Position numbers and translations under genes: made by a program
Source of the DNA: a bacterium
GTDB taxonomy: Bacteria > Krumholzibacteriota > Krumholzibacteriia > G020349025
Direction of reading: 5' to 3'
Length of the DNA: 64,000 nucleotides
NCBI GenBank assembly: GCA_031362565.1
Contig: JANLSU010000111.1
Location: 1-64,000, forward strand
In this document: positions 19,073-27,531 of the stretch, piece by piece
Numbering within the stretch: position 1 is the first letter of the stretch
Layout: each line of letters opens with the position of its first letter
The notes under the pieces: generated by a model
What the model was told of the DNA's origin: nothing
Database searches by the model: none
What the model saw: only the letters and a program-made list of their open reading frames with translations

Positions 19073-20128
19073 TCAGTATATCTCGGGAGACGAGGCGCGG
19101 TCTACGGGGCTTGTGGGCGCCGGTGGTGCCAATCGCTCCGCAATCCCGCTTCGGGCCGGATGCGACGCGCGAAGGCCTTCCGGCCCGGCCGCGGCGACCT
19201 CCGGAAGCGATGCGGCCGGGCGCGCCGGCCGGCGCGACGCCGTGACGAGCAGCACGACGCCGGTCACGATGAGCGCCGCTGCCAGGACGCCACTCGGCGG
19301 AATTCGTTCGCCGGCCACGAGCCAGCCGAGCGCGACGGCAACCAGCGGATTGACGAACGCATAGGTCGTAGCCCGTGTCGGTGTGGTGGCGCTCAACAAG
19401 TACACGTATGCACTGAAGGCGACGATCGCTCCGAACACCACCAGGTAGCCGGTTGCAACGAGCGAGCGCGTCGAAACCGCGTTTGGATCGAAGGCCGCGA
19501 TCTCACCGCGGAGCGCCCCGGCAAGCACCAGCCACGCGCCACCCGTCAGCATCTCCATGGCGGTCGACAGGAATCGCGACCGGGGCAGATCGGCGCGGCG
19601 CGCCAGCAACGAGCCCCAGGCCCAAGAGGCCGAACCCAGCACCAGAACGATGGCGCCGAGCGGATCGACGGCGTGGCCGCCGGTCGCATCGCGAGCGCGC
19701 ATGAGCCAGGCGACGCCGGCGAGCCCCAAGCACAGCCCAATCGCCACGCGACCCGAGGGGCGCGCCGATTCGCCGCGCCACCATTCGAGGAGCGCCATCC
19801 AGAGAGGCACGGTTGCGATGACGAGCGCGGTCAATCCGGAGGGGACGCGTTGTTCGGCCCACACGACGCAGCCATTGCCGCCCAGCAGCAAGAAGGCGCC
19901 GATCGTGGCCGCATTCCGCCACTGGGCGCGCGTCGGGCGTTCGCGCTCCCGCCAGTACCCGATCGCGAAAAGGATCGAGCCGGCGATCAGGAACCGTATC
20001 CCGGCCATGAGAAGGGGCGGGATCGTCTCGATCGCGATGCGGATCGCGAGGTACGTCGATCCCCAGATGAAATACACCGCGAGAAAGGCCATGAGCAGCA
20101 GCGACCGCCGCGGGGCGTGCTCAGTCAT
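19073..20128 (-). CDS. EamA/DMT family transporter (YedA-like)
   Basis: VYFIWGSTYLAIR, RFLIAG, AFSAYVYLL and TYAFVNPLVA. Confidence 0.92.
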   Translation of the reverse strand: MTEHAPRRSLLLMAFLAVYFIWGSTYLAIRIAIETIPPLLMAGIRFLIAGSILFAIGYWRERERPTRAQWRNAATIGAFLLLGGNGCVVWAEQRVPSGLTALVIATVPLWMALLEWWRGESARPSGRVAIGLCLGLAGVAWLMRARDATGGHAVDPLGAIVLVLGSASWAWGSLLARRADLPRSRFLSTAMEMLTGGAWLVLAGALRGEIAAFDPNAVSTRSLVATGYLVVFGAIVAFSAYVYLLSATTPTRATTYAFVNPLVAVALGWLVAGERIPPSGVLAAALIVTGVVLLVTASRRPARPAASLPEVAAAGPEGLRASHPARSGIAERLAPPAPTSPVDRASSPEIY

Positions 20129-20639
20129 CGAGGGCCTCCACGGTGTCGCCGTTCAGGCGCTCGGCAGGTGCGCCGAGCGGCAAGCAGCCGGTCTCTTTAA
20201 TAGTAGTGAGGACGATCGTGGTGCGGGTCGAACGGACCTCCGGAATGGCCCCGAAGCCGTCCCGCAAGAGCCGCCCCAGGGCCTCGGTGTTTTCGACGCG
20301 CACTTTGACGAGATAGCAGTCCTCGCCGGCGATGTGATGGACTTCCTGAACCTGCGGCACCCCGGCCAGCCGCTCGCCGACGGCGCCAGAGCCGACGCGC
20401 TCATCGGCACGCACGAGCACGAACGCGGCAAGTCCTACCCCGAGCGCCACGGGATCCAGGCGCGGTTCGTAGCCGCGGATGACGCCGCGGCTCTCGAGCT
20501 TGCGGAGGCGTTCGAACACGGCGGACGGCGCCATCTCGACCTGGCGCGCGATCTCAGCATTCGAAATCCGCGCGTCCGTCTGGAGAAGGCGGAGGATCTC
20601 GAGGTCGGTTGCGTCGATCGTTCCCTTTTCGATGCTCAT
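20121..20639 (-). CDS. Lrp/AsnC family transcriptional regulator
   Basis: DLEILRLLQTDARISNAEIAR HTH; HHIAGEDCYLVKV RAM domain. Confidence 0.95.
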   Translation of the reverse strand: MSIEKGTIDATDLEILRLLQTDARISNAEIARQVEMAPSAVFERLRKLESRGVIRGYEPRLDPVALGVGLAAFVLVRADERVGSGAVGERLAGVPQVQEVHHIAGEDCYLVKVRVENTEALGRLLRDGFGAIPEVRSTRTTIVLTTIKETGCLPLGAPAERLNGDTVEALDD

Positions 20640-20645
20640 GGGAGA

Positions 20646-20674
20646 AGTTTAGTCTGCAGATTTATCTATTTCAA
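20646..20674 (-). promoter_or_regulatory. Sigma-70 promoter giving a leaderless transcript of the Lrp gene
   Basis: TTGAAA-N17-TAAACT, then 6 nt to the ATG; no RBS. Confidence 0.7.
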
Positions 20675-20729
20675 GAAGGCCAATCGGGAGGTTGGACGGC
20701 GGTCGATTGGTCTGGTGCGCGACCGGGCA

Positions 20730-21506
20730 TCATCCGTACCGGCCTTCGACATACTCGGCGGTCTTGTGGTTTTTCGGGCTCAGGAACAGATCCGCGGTGT
20801 TGTCGTGTTCGATCAGCTTGCCCAGCAGCATGAAGATGCACTCGTCGCTCGCCCGGCGCGCCTGCGCCATGTTGTGCGTCACGATGACGATCGTGTAGTG
20901 CTCCTTCAGGGTGAACATGAGTTCCTCGATCGCCCGAGTGCCCTCGACGTCGAGTGCGGAACACGGTTCGTCCATGAGGATCACTTCGGGCTTCAAGGGG
21001 ATGAGCCGCGCAATGCACAGCTTCTGTTGCTGCTCGAGCTGCAACTCGGTGGCTCGGTGGCGGAGCCGGTCCTTGAGGTCCTTCCACAACCCCACCTCGG
21101 TGAGCGCTTTCTCGACCGCGTCGTCGAGCACCGAGCGCCGCAGCTCGGAGCGCCCCGAGTGGATCCGCAGGCCGAACACGACGTTCTCGTACACCGACAG
21201 CGGCAGCGGATTGGGGCGTTGAAACACCATGCCGACGGCCTTGCGGAGCTCGATGAGCGAGATCTCCGGCGCATAGATGTTCTGTCCCAGGATGTCGATC
21301 TCGCCCGCGGTCCGGACGTAGCCGTAGCGCTCGTTGACCCGGTTGAAGCACCGTAAGAGCGTCGTCTTGCCGCATCCTGAAGGCCCAATGAGCGACGTGA
21401 TGATCCGTGGACGGATCAGCAGCGACACGTCGAAGAGCGCCTGGAACGTGCCGTACCAGAGGTTGAGACCGCGAGTGGCGATCGAATATGCGCCCGGCTC
21501 GCTCAT
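20730..21506 (-). CDS. pstB: Phosphate ABC transporter ATPase (degenerate signature motif)
   Basis: GPSGCGKT, GMVFQRPNP, DEPCSALD and VTHNM intact; signature reads LQLEQ. Confidence 0.92.
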   Translation of the reverse strand: MSEPGAYSIATRGLNLWYGTFQALFDVSLLIRPRIITSLIGPSGCGKTTLLRCFNRVNERYGYVRTAGEIDILGQNIYAPEISLIELRKAVGMVFQRPNPLPLSVYENVVFGLRIHSGRSELRRSVLDDAVEKALTEVGLWKDLKDRLRHRATELQLEQQQKLCIARLIPLKPEVILMDEPCSALDVEGTRAIEELMFTLKEHYTIVIVTHNMAQARRASDECIFMLLGKLIEHDNTADLFLSPKNHKTAEYVEGRYG

Positions 21507-22267
21507 CCGAAGATCCCCCTCACGTACTCGAACGTGCGGCGCTCGGCAGGCTCGTCCGAGAAGATCACCTCGGTGCGATCGATCTCGACGATCTCACCCT
21601 TCCACAGGAACATGGTGCGATCGGCCAGCCGTCGCGCTTGCTGCACGAGGTTGGTGACGAGAATGATGGTGATTTCCAGGCGGAGCTCCTTCAGAACGTC
21701 CTCGATCCGCATCGTTGTCACGGGGTCGATGGCGATCGAAAACTCGTCGAGGCAGAGGATGTCCGGTTGGTGCGACAAGGCCCGCGCGATGGTCAGGCGC
21801 TGCTGCTGGCCACCCGAGAGCGCGGTGCCGAGGCTCGCCAGCCGGTCCTTGACCTCGTCCCACAGCGCCGACTGCCGCAGGCACCGCTCAACGATGTTGT
21901 CGAGGTCATCCTTGCGCTTCAGCCCCGCCGCACGCGGCGCGAAGGCGACGTTGTCGTAGATCGAAAGCGGCAGGCCGACCGGCAGTGGCGCTACCATGCC
22001 GATCTTGCGGCGCAGGCCAAAGACGTCCTTGACGCGCCGGATATCTTCGCCGTCCAGCCGGATCGTACCCGAAACCTTGGCTTCGGCAACAAAATCGATG
22101 GTGCGGTTGATACAGCGCAGGAGCGAGGTCTTCCCCGACTGCGCCGGGCCGATGATGCCGAGGACTTCGTTGCGCCGGACGTCGAAGCTGATTCCGTGCA
22201 GCACTTCCTTGCCGGAATACGTCAGGCGCAGGTCCTCGACTTCGATGGTCTTCGATCGGTCGTTCAC
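21503..22267 (-). CDS. pstB: Phosphate ABC transporter ATPase (degenerate Q- and H-loops)
   Basis: GPAQSGKT, GMVAPLP, LSGGQQQR, DEFSIAIDP and VTNL. Confidence 0.88.
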   Translation of the reverse strand: MNDRSKTIEVEDLRLTYSGKEVLHGISFDVRRNEVLGIIGPAQSGKTSLLRCINRTIDFVAEAKVSGTIRLDGEDIRRVKDVFGLRRKIGMVAPLPVGLPLSIYDNVAFAPRAAGLKRKDDLDNIVERCLRQSALWDEVKDRLASLGTALSGGQQQRLTIARALSHQPDILCLDEFSIAIDPVTTMRIEDVLKELRLEITIILVTNLVQQARRLADRTMFLWKGEIVEIDRTEVIFSDEPAERRTFEYVRGIFG

Positions 22268-22271
22268 GGGC

Positions 22272-23183
22272 CTACCATTTCTTGCGGTTGCGCAGCCAAA
22301 CCCGCAGGGTGATGGCGGTGGCGTTGACCATCAGCACCGAGCCCAGGAGCACGATCGCAGTGGCGTACGGGATCGACGCTTTGACGTTCGGCACTTGGGT
22401 GGCGACGGTGTAGAGGTGCATCGACAACGCCATGCATTGACCGTCGAGTTTGTACGGGAACAGGTCGCCCCGCTCCACTGCTTTGAAGAAAACTGCCCCC
22501 GTGAACATGATCGGCGCCGTTTCGCCGGCGGCCCGGCTCACCTGCAGGATGACGCCGGTCAGAATGCCGCTGATCGAGTTGGGAAGCACGACCGCCCGGA
22601 TCGTCTGCCAGCGCGTGGCGCCGACGTTCCAGCACGCGGTGCGGAATGCCATCGGCACCGATGACAGGGCCTCGCGCGTGCTGGCGATGATGACGGGCAG
22701 CGTCATGATGGCCAACGTCAGCGCCGCGGAGATGACCGAGTAACCGAAACGCGCCGCGTAAACGAACGCGCCAAGTCCGAAGAGCGCGTGCACGATGCTC
22801 GGCACGCCGGCCAGGTTGATGACCGCCAGGTTGATGATCCGGTTGAACCAGTTGTCCTTGGCGTACTCGTGCAGGTAGATGGCCGCGAGAACGCCGATTG
22901 GCGCGGCGACGGCAAGGGACAGGCCGACGAGGTAGAGCGTGCCTACGAAGGCGGGCCAGATGCCGCCTTCGCGCATGCCTTTTTTCGGTACCTCGACGAG
23001 AAACTCCCAGGAAAGCGACGGCGCGGCTTGGACGAGCAAATAGGCGATGATCGCCACGAGCGGCACGATCATCGACACGGACATCGTGAAGAAGATCCAT
23101 TTGGCGACCGACTCGCTGCGTTCCTTGCGGAAGACGTGTGGGGTCTTGGTGAACAGCGCAGTAACGACTGGAACTTCCGACAT
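22272..23183 (-). CDS. pstA: Phosphate ABC transporter permease
   Basis: AIYLHEY, LAGVPSIV and RAAGETAP. Confidence 0.95.
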   Translation of the reverse strand: MSEVPVVTALFTKTPHVFRKERSESVAKWIFFTMSVSMIVPLVAIIAYLLVQAAPSLSWEFLVEVPKKGMREGGIWPAFVGTLYLVGLSLAVAAPIGVLAAIYLHEYAKDNWFNRIINLAVINLAGVPSIVHALFGLGAFVYAARFGYSVISAALTLAIMTLPVIIASTREALSSVPMAFRTACWNVGATRWQTIRAVVLPNSISGILTGVILQVSRAAGETAPIMFTGAVFFKAVERGDLFPYKLDGQCMALSMHLYTVATQVPNVKASIPYATAIVLLGSVLMVNATAITLRVWLRNRKKW

Positions 23184-23189
23184 GGCCCC

Positions 23190-24155
23190 TCACTTCCTGC
23201 GCACGCCGCGGATCACCAGGTCGGCGGTGAGATTGACGGCGAAGGTGATAATGAACAGCAGCGTGCCGGTCAAGAAGAGCACCCGGTAGTGGTCCGATCC
23301 AGCCGGCGCCTCGCCGAGCTCCGCGGCGATATTCGCGGTCAGCGTCCGGACGGAATCGAGCAGGCTGTGCGGTATCTGCACGGCGTGCCCCGTTGCCATC
23401 AGCACGGCCATGGTCTCGCCGACTGCACGCCCAACGCCCAGCAAGACGGCAGCCAAAAGCCCGTTGCGGGCCGCCGGCACGAGCACGCGATACACCGTCT
23501 GCCACTTGGTGGATCCGAGCGCCAGGGAAGCCTCCCGATAGGAGTCGGGCACGGCTTTGAGGGCGTCCTCGCCGATCGAGACGATGATCGGCACGCTCAT
23601 CAAGGCGAGGATCACGCCGGCGTTCAAGAGGTTCACGCCGACCGGGGCGCCGGTAATCGCGGTGGTCAGCCGGCTCATCACGGTCAGGCCAATGAATCCC
23701 CAGACGACGCTGGGGATCGCGGCCAGCAACTCGATGACGATCTTGAGTGTCTCCTTCAGCCTCGGACCGCAGAATTCCGAGATGAAGATGGCTGCCCCGA
23801 GACCGAACGGAACCGCCAGCGCAATCGCGATCGCCGTCACGCTCAGCGAGCCCACCGTCAGCGCCAAAGTTCCGTAGCGGACGTTCGACACCGAGGTCGG
23901 GTACCACTCGGTGCTGAACAGGAACTCCAGAATGTGGAAATTTTTCGAGAAGAGGACCGGCGCCGCTTCGCGAAAAATGAAGAAGAAGATCGCCAGCACG
24001 AACAGGATGGCGCTGATCCCGGCGAGGCGGATGACCCCTTCGAGCGCCTGTTCGCCGAACACGGCGAGCGCCGAGCGCTGCGGGCGGGCGGCCGCAATCG
24101 CGTCGCTCATCCCGGCGGCGGCCGTTCGCGGCGTCGATCCCTGGGGATGGGCCAT
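23190..24155 (-). CDS. pstC: Phosphate ABC transporter permease
   Basis: ELLAAIPSVVWG, EDALKAVP and GRAVGETMAV. Start uncertain (24155 or 24176). Confidence 0.95.
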   Translation of the reverse strand: MAHPQGSTPRTAAAGMSDAIAAARPQRSALAVFGEQALEGVIRLAGISAILFVLAIFFFIFREAAPVLFSKNFHILEFLFSTEWYPTSVSNVRYGTLALTVGSLSVTAIAIALAVPFGLGAAIFISEFCGPRLKETLKIVIELLAAIPSVVWGFIGLTVMSRLTTAITGAPVGVNLLNAGVILALMSVPIIVSIGEDALKAVPDSYREASLALGSTKWQTVYRVLVPAARNGLLAAVLLGVGRAVGETMAVLMATGHAVQIPHSLLDSVRTLTANIAAELGEAPAGSDHYRVLFLTGTLLFIITFAVNLTADLVIRGVRRK

Positions 24156-24165
24156 CGTCGACTCA

Positions 24166-25074
24166 TCAGTTGCCATGCGGACCGGCGGGCACCGGCACGT
24201 AGCCGCTGTCCTCGAGGATCTTCTGGCCGGCAGGGGACAGCATCCAGTCGATGTAGGTCTTGACCTCGCCCTGCGGCTCGCCAAGCGTGTACACCTGGAG
24301 CGAGCGTGCCAGTGGATAGGTCTTGTTCAAGGTGTTGGCGACCGACGGTTCGAACGCCGTCTCGCCGGCCTTGGAAGCCAGCCTGAGCATCTTGACCGAC
24401 GGCGTCGCGTAGCCCATGCCGCTGTATCCGATCGCGGTTGTCGTGTTGGCGACGAGCTCGACCACTTCCTTGGAGCCGTTCATGTCGCGCGAGCCAAGCT
24501 TGAAGTCCTTCTTGCGGAGCACATGCTCGCGGAAGAACTCGTAGGTACCGGAGCTCGACTGGCGGCTGACACGGACGATCTCATCGTTGGACGTACCGGG
24601 CAACGTCACACCGAGCTGCGACCACTTGGTGAACGTGCCGTCTTCGGCGAAAATCTGGGCGAGCTGCTCCATCGTGATCTCGTTCAACGGGTTGTCCTTG
24701 TGGACGTAGACGGCAAGCGCGTCGTAGCCGACGATGAACTCTTTCGGGTCCTTGCCCGAGTTGCGCCGCGCCTGCTCCATCTCCTCGGGCTTCATGTCGC
24801 GGCTCGAATTGGCGATGTCGATCGTGCCCTTCTCGAGCGCTGCGATCCCCACGCCGGAGCCTCCACCCGAGATCTCGACGTCGACTTTCGGGGCGACCTT
24901 CTTGTACTCCTCGGCCCAAGCCTGGGCGACGTTCACCATGGTGTCCGAGCCCTTCACCTGGATGGACGTCGTGGCGGAACCGGAGTCCTGTTTGTTGCCG
25001 CACGCCCCGAGGACGCAGGCCCCACCGATTGCCAGGCTGGCGCCGAGCAACTTCGCGAACCGTAACGTTCTCAT
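24166..25074 (-). CDS. pstS: Phosphate-binding lipoprotein
   Basis: Lipobox LGAC; KGSDTM, GGGSGVG, ANSSR, SRQSSSGT and YPLARSL. Confidence 0.95.
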   Translation of the reverse strand: MRTLRFAKLLGASLAIGGACVLGACGNKQDSGSATTSIQVKGSDTMVNVAQAWAEEYKKVAPKVDVEISGGGSGVGIAALEKGTIDIANSSRDMKPEEMEQARRNSGKDPKEFIVGYDALAVYVHKDNPLNEITMEQLAQIFAEDGTFTKWSQLGVTLPGTSNDEIVRVSRQSSSGTYEFFREHVLRKKDFKLGSRDMNGSKEVVELVANTTTAIGYSGMGYATPSVKMLRLASKAGETAFEPSVANTLNKTYPLARSLQVYTLGEPQGEVKTYIDWMLSPAGQKILEDSGYVPVPAGPHGN

Positions 25075-25163
25075 CCGCTCCTACCTCCCTCTCCCACACA
25101 GCTGGTTCACGAACGCGGAACATATTTCTGTTTTCTATCGATGGCGAGAGCCTCTGCGGTTGG

Positions 25164-26264
25164 TCAACGTTTGGCGCGGTCGCGGATCGCCGCGACGAGG
25201 TCGCGAAGCTGGCTCTCGATGAACGTGTAGGTCTTCTCGTACGCCTCACGCACCTCGGCTTCGCTGCCGGTGGCGCGGCTCGGGTCTTCGACCGGCCACT
25301 CGAGGAGGACCGCCTTGCGCGGTCGGCGCGGGAAGGCCCGCTTGGCCTCGGGGGCCAGGAGGACGATGACGTCCTGGTGTTCGAGGTTCTCGACGTCGGT
25401 GACCGCCTTGGGCACGGCCCGCGACACGTCGAGGCCCTTGGACTGCATAAAGGCCGTCGTCGCCGGTTCGACCGGTATCGGGTCGAGCCCAGCGCTCGCA
25501 AACACGAAACCCGGCTCATTGAGCGACGCACCAATGGCCTCGGCCATCACGCTCCGGCAGGAGCTTCGCTCGTCGATGAAGAGCACGTCCATGACGGCCG
25601 CGTGCGGGTGCTTCGCGATCTCGCCGGTACAGAGGTACAGCGTCTCCATGCTGATGTTGCGCGCCTGATCGGAGACCCGCTCGAGGCGCCGGATCACCAT
25701 GATCAACGGGTACACCGCTTCGAAGGGCAGACTCCCGTGACGGAAAGCCTCCATGACATCCGTGGTCAGCTTGTCGCGCAACAAATCCACCGCCTCGTCG
25801 GATTCGATGGTCTTGCTGGCGAGAGCCGAATCCTGATCGACGAACGACTGGATCGCGTCGTCGAGCATGTGTTCTGCGAGGCCGCCGATCTGTTGTAAGC
25901 GGTCGAGCGGCAGCTGGGCGTCGATCTGGCTCAGGCGGAGCGCTTCCCGGGCGATCGCCTCCGCGTAGTCGCCGACCCGCTCCAGTTCCAGGTTGATCTT
26001 GATGCTCGAGTACGCGAAGCGCAGGAGCCGAGCCGCCGGCTGGTGGCGGACGAGAAAGCGCAGACAGAGCTGATCGAGCTGCTTCTCCGCCGCGTCGATA
26101 TAGCTGTCGCGGAGGATGACGGCGAACGCGAGCTGACGGTCCTTCTCAAGTACGGCGCGAATACTGCCGCGGACCGCGGTCTTCGCCATCTCGCCCATTT
26201 CGACGACCTGGCGGCGGATTTCCTCCAGATCCTCCTGGACCGCTGCCTCGAGGTGGCCTGTCAT
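25164..26264 (-). CDS. phoU: PhoU fused to a C-terminal LMW-PTP/ArsC-like domain
   Basis: Two PhoU repeats (ELERVGDYA, RLERVSDQA), then VLFIDERSSCRSVMAEA...SAG...WPVEDP. Confidence 0.9.
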   Translation of the reverse strand: MTGHLEAAVQEDLEEIRRQVVEMGEMAKTAVRGSIRAVLEKDRQLAFAVILRDSYIDAAEKQLDQLCLRFLVRHQPAARLLRFAYSSIKINLELERVGDYAEAIAREALRLSQIDAQLPLDRLQQIGGLAEHMLDDAIQSFVDQDSALASKTIESDEAVDLLRDKLTTDVMEAFRHGSLPFEAVYPLIMVIRRLERVSDQARNISMETLYLCTGEIAKHPHAAVMDVLFIDERSSCRSVMAEAIGASLNEPGFVFASAGLDPIPVEPATTAFMQSKGLDVSRAVPKAVTDVENLEHQDVIVLLAPEAKRAFPRRPRKAVLLEWPVEDPSRATGSEAEVREAYEKTYTFIESQLRDLVAAIRDRAKR

Positions 26265-26638
26265 CCTGTCTCCGTCTCGTTTACTCAGTCCGAACGACAT
26301 CTTCGCACAACCCATAAGAACCGTCTGTGAGGCGACACGTCAAGTGCAGAAGGAGGCGGGCGTGGCCCCACCCCCTTGGCCGCCGGGGAGTTACGCGTTG
26401 ACGAAGCCAAACTCAGGATTCCAGTCGGTACCGACGCCCGATCACCGACGCGACCGTCGGTGCGGGGTCGGTCCAGGCCAACGGTCGGTCCGTTGGGGGG
26501 GCGTGACCCACGTCGTTCGGGCTCGGGGGGCTCGATTCCGCTGTCGGCGCCGGCGGCCGCTCTGGCGTACTATCCGGTTCGAATCGCGCCCTGGCGTTGC
26601 GCTCGAGGCGGCGTCTCATCCCTTCCTCGTGAGGACCC

Positions 26639-27529
26639 ATGCAATTTCTTCGTGCCTTGATGCTCGCGGCGGTGTCCGCGGCGGCGCTCACTGCCGTGCC
26701 CCGCGCCGCCGACGCGGCACCCGCGCGTTCGAAGGCGCGATTGGAGTACTCCTGGGGCGTCGATGGCTCCGTGGTCGGCACCGGCGTCGCCGCGCTCTTG
26801 ATCGCCGCGCAACTGAATACCGATACCCGGGCAGTCCCGCCGGGCGGCTTCAATCGAGATGACGTGCATTGGGGCGTCGACCGGCGTGTCGTACACGAGG
26901 TGGATTCAGTTGCCGACCGGCACAGCAACACGACGCGTGATTTCGCGCTCGCCCTGCCGCTCGTCTTGGGTGCCTTCACGGCCGCGCCCGGCAATCGGCT
27001 GCGCGCCAGCGTCGACCGCATCGCACTGCACGTCGAGGCGGCCGCGATTTCACAGGGCGTCGTCGACATCCTGAAGAAGAGCGTGTCGCGGCCGCGGCCC
27101 TACACATACCTGGCCGCCGCGGACCGCCCGGCGGCTTCGATCTTTGACGTGACCAAGGACCGCGCGTTTCAGTCGATGCCTTCAGGCCACGCGTCGACGG
27201 CCTGGTGTGCGGTCGGCGTGACGCTCGCGGATCCATGGCTCGACGCGCCGGACGCGACGTGGAAACGCCGCGCCGCAGTTGCATTTATCGGGTCGACGAT
27301 TGCGACCGCAACGGGTGTGCTGCGGACCGAAGGAGGGCAGCACTTTCCGACCGACGTGACGGCGGGTAGCGCGATCGGTCTCGCGTCGGGCATCGCCGTG
27401 CCGCTCTTGCATCGCTTCACGGTGGACGGCGCGCCCATTGCGGCGCGCTCGCGGCGCGGCTGGTTCGAAAAGACGGCCGGTCTCGTGGCTGGGATCGGCG
27501 CCGGAGTCCTGTTGGGCGAAAAGCTCTGA
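26639..27529 (+). CDS. PAP2-family phosphatase with signal peptide
   Basis: KKSVSRPRP, PSGH and RTEGGQHFPTDV, the three PAP2 motifs. Confidence 0.9.
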   Translation: MQFLRALMLAAVSAAALTAVPRAADAAPARSKARLEYSWGVDGSVVGTGVAALLIAAQLNTDTRAVPPGGFNRDDVHWGVDRRVVHEVDSVADRHSNTTRDFALALPLVLGAFTAAPGNRLRASVDRIALHVEAAAISQGVVDILKKSVSRPRPYTYLAAADRPAASIFDVTKDRAFQSMPSGHASTAWCAVGVTLADPWLDAPDATWKRRAAVAFIGSTIATATGVLRTEGGQHFPTDVTAGSAIGLASGIAVPLLHRFTVDGAPIAARSRRGWFEKTAGLVAGIGAGVLLGEKL

Positions 27530-27531
27530 AC

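Noticed and set aside
25164..25600. Functional arsenate reductase arsC
   Set aside because: Nucleophilic and resolving cysteines are absent, there is no ars operon, and the domain is fused to PhoU.
26576..26585. GGTTCGAATC resembling a tRNA T-loop
   Set aside because: Flanks do not pair as a T-stem, and there is no acceptor stem or cloverleaf.
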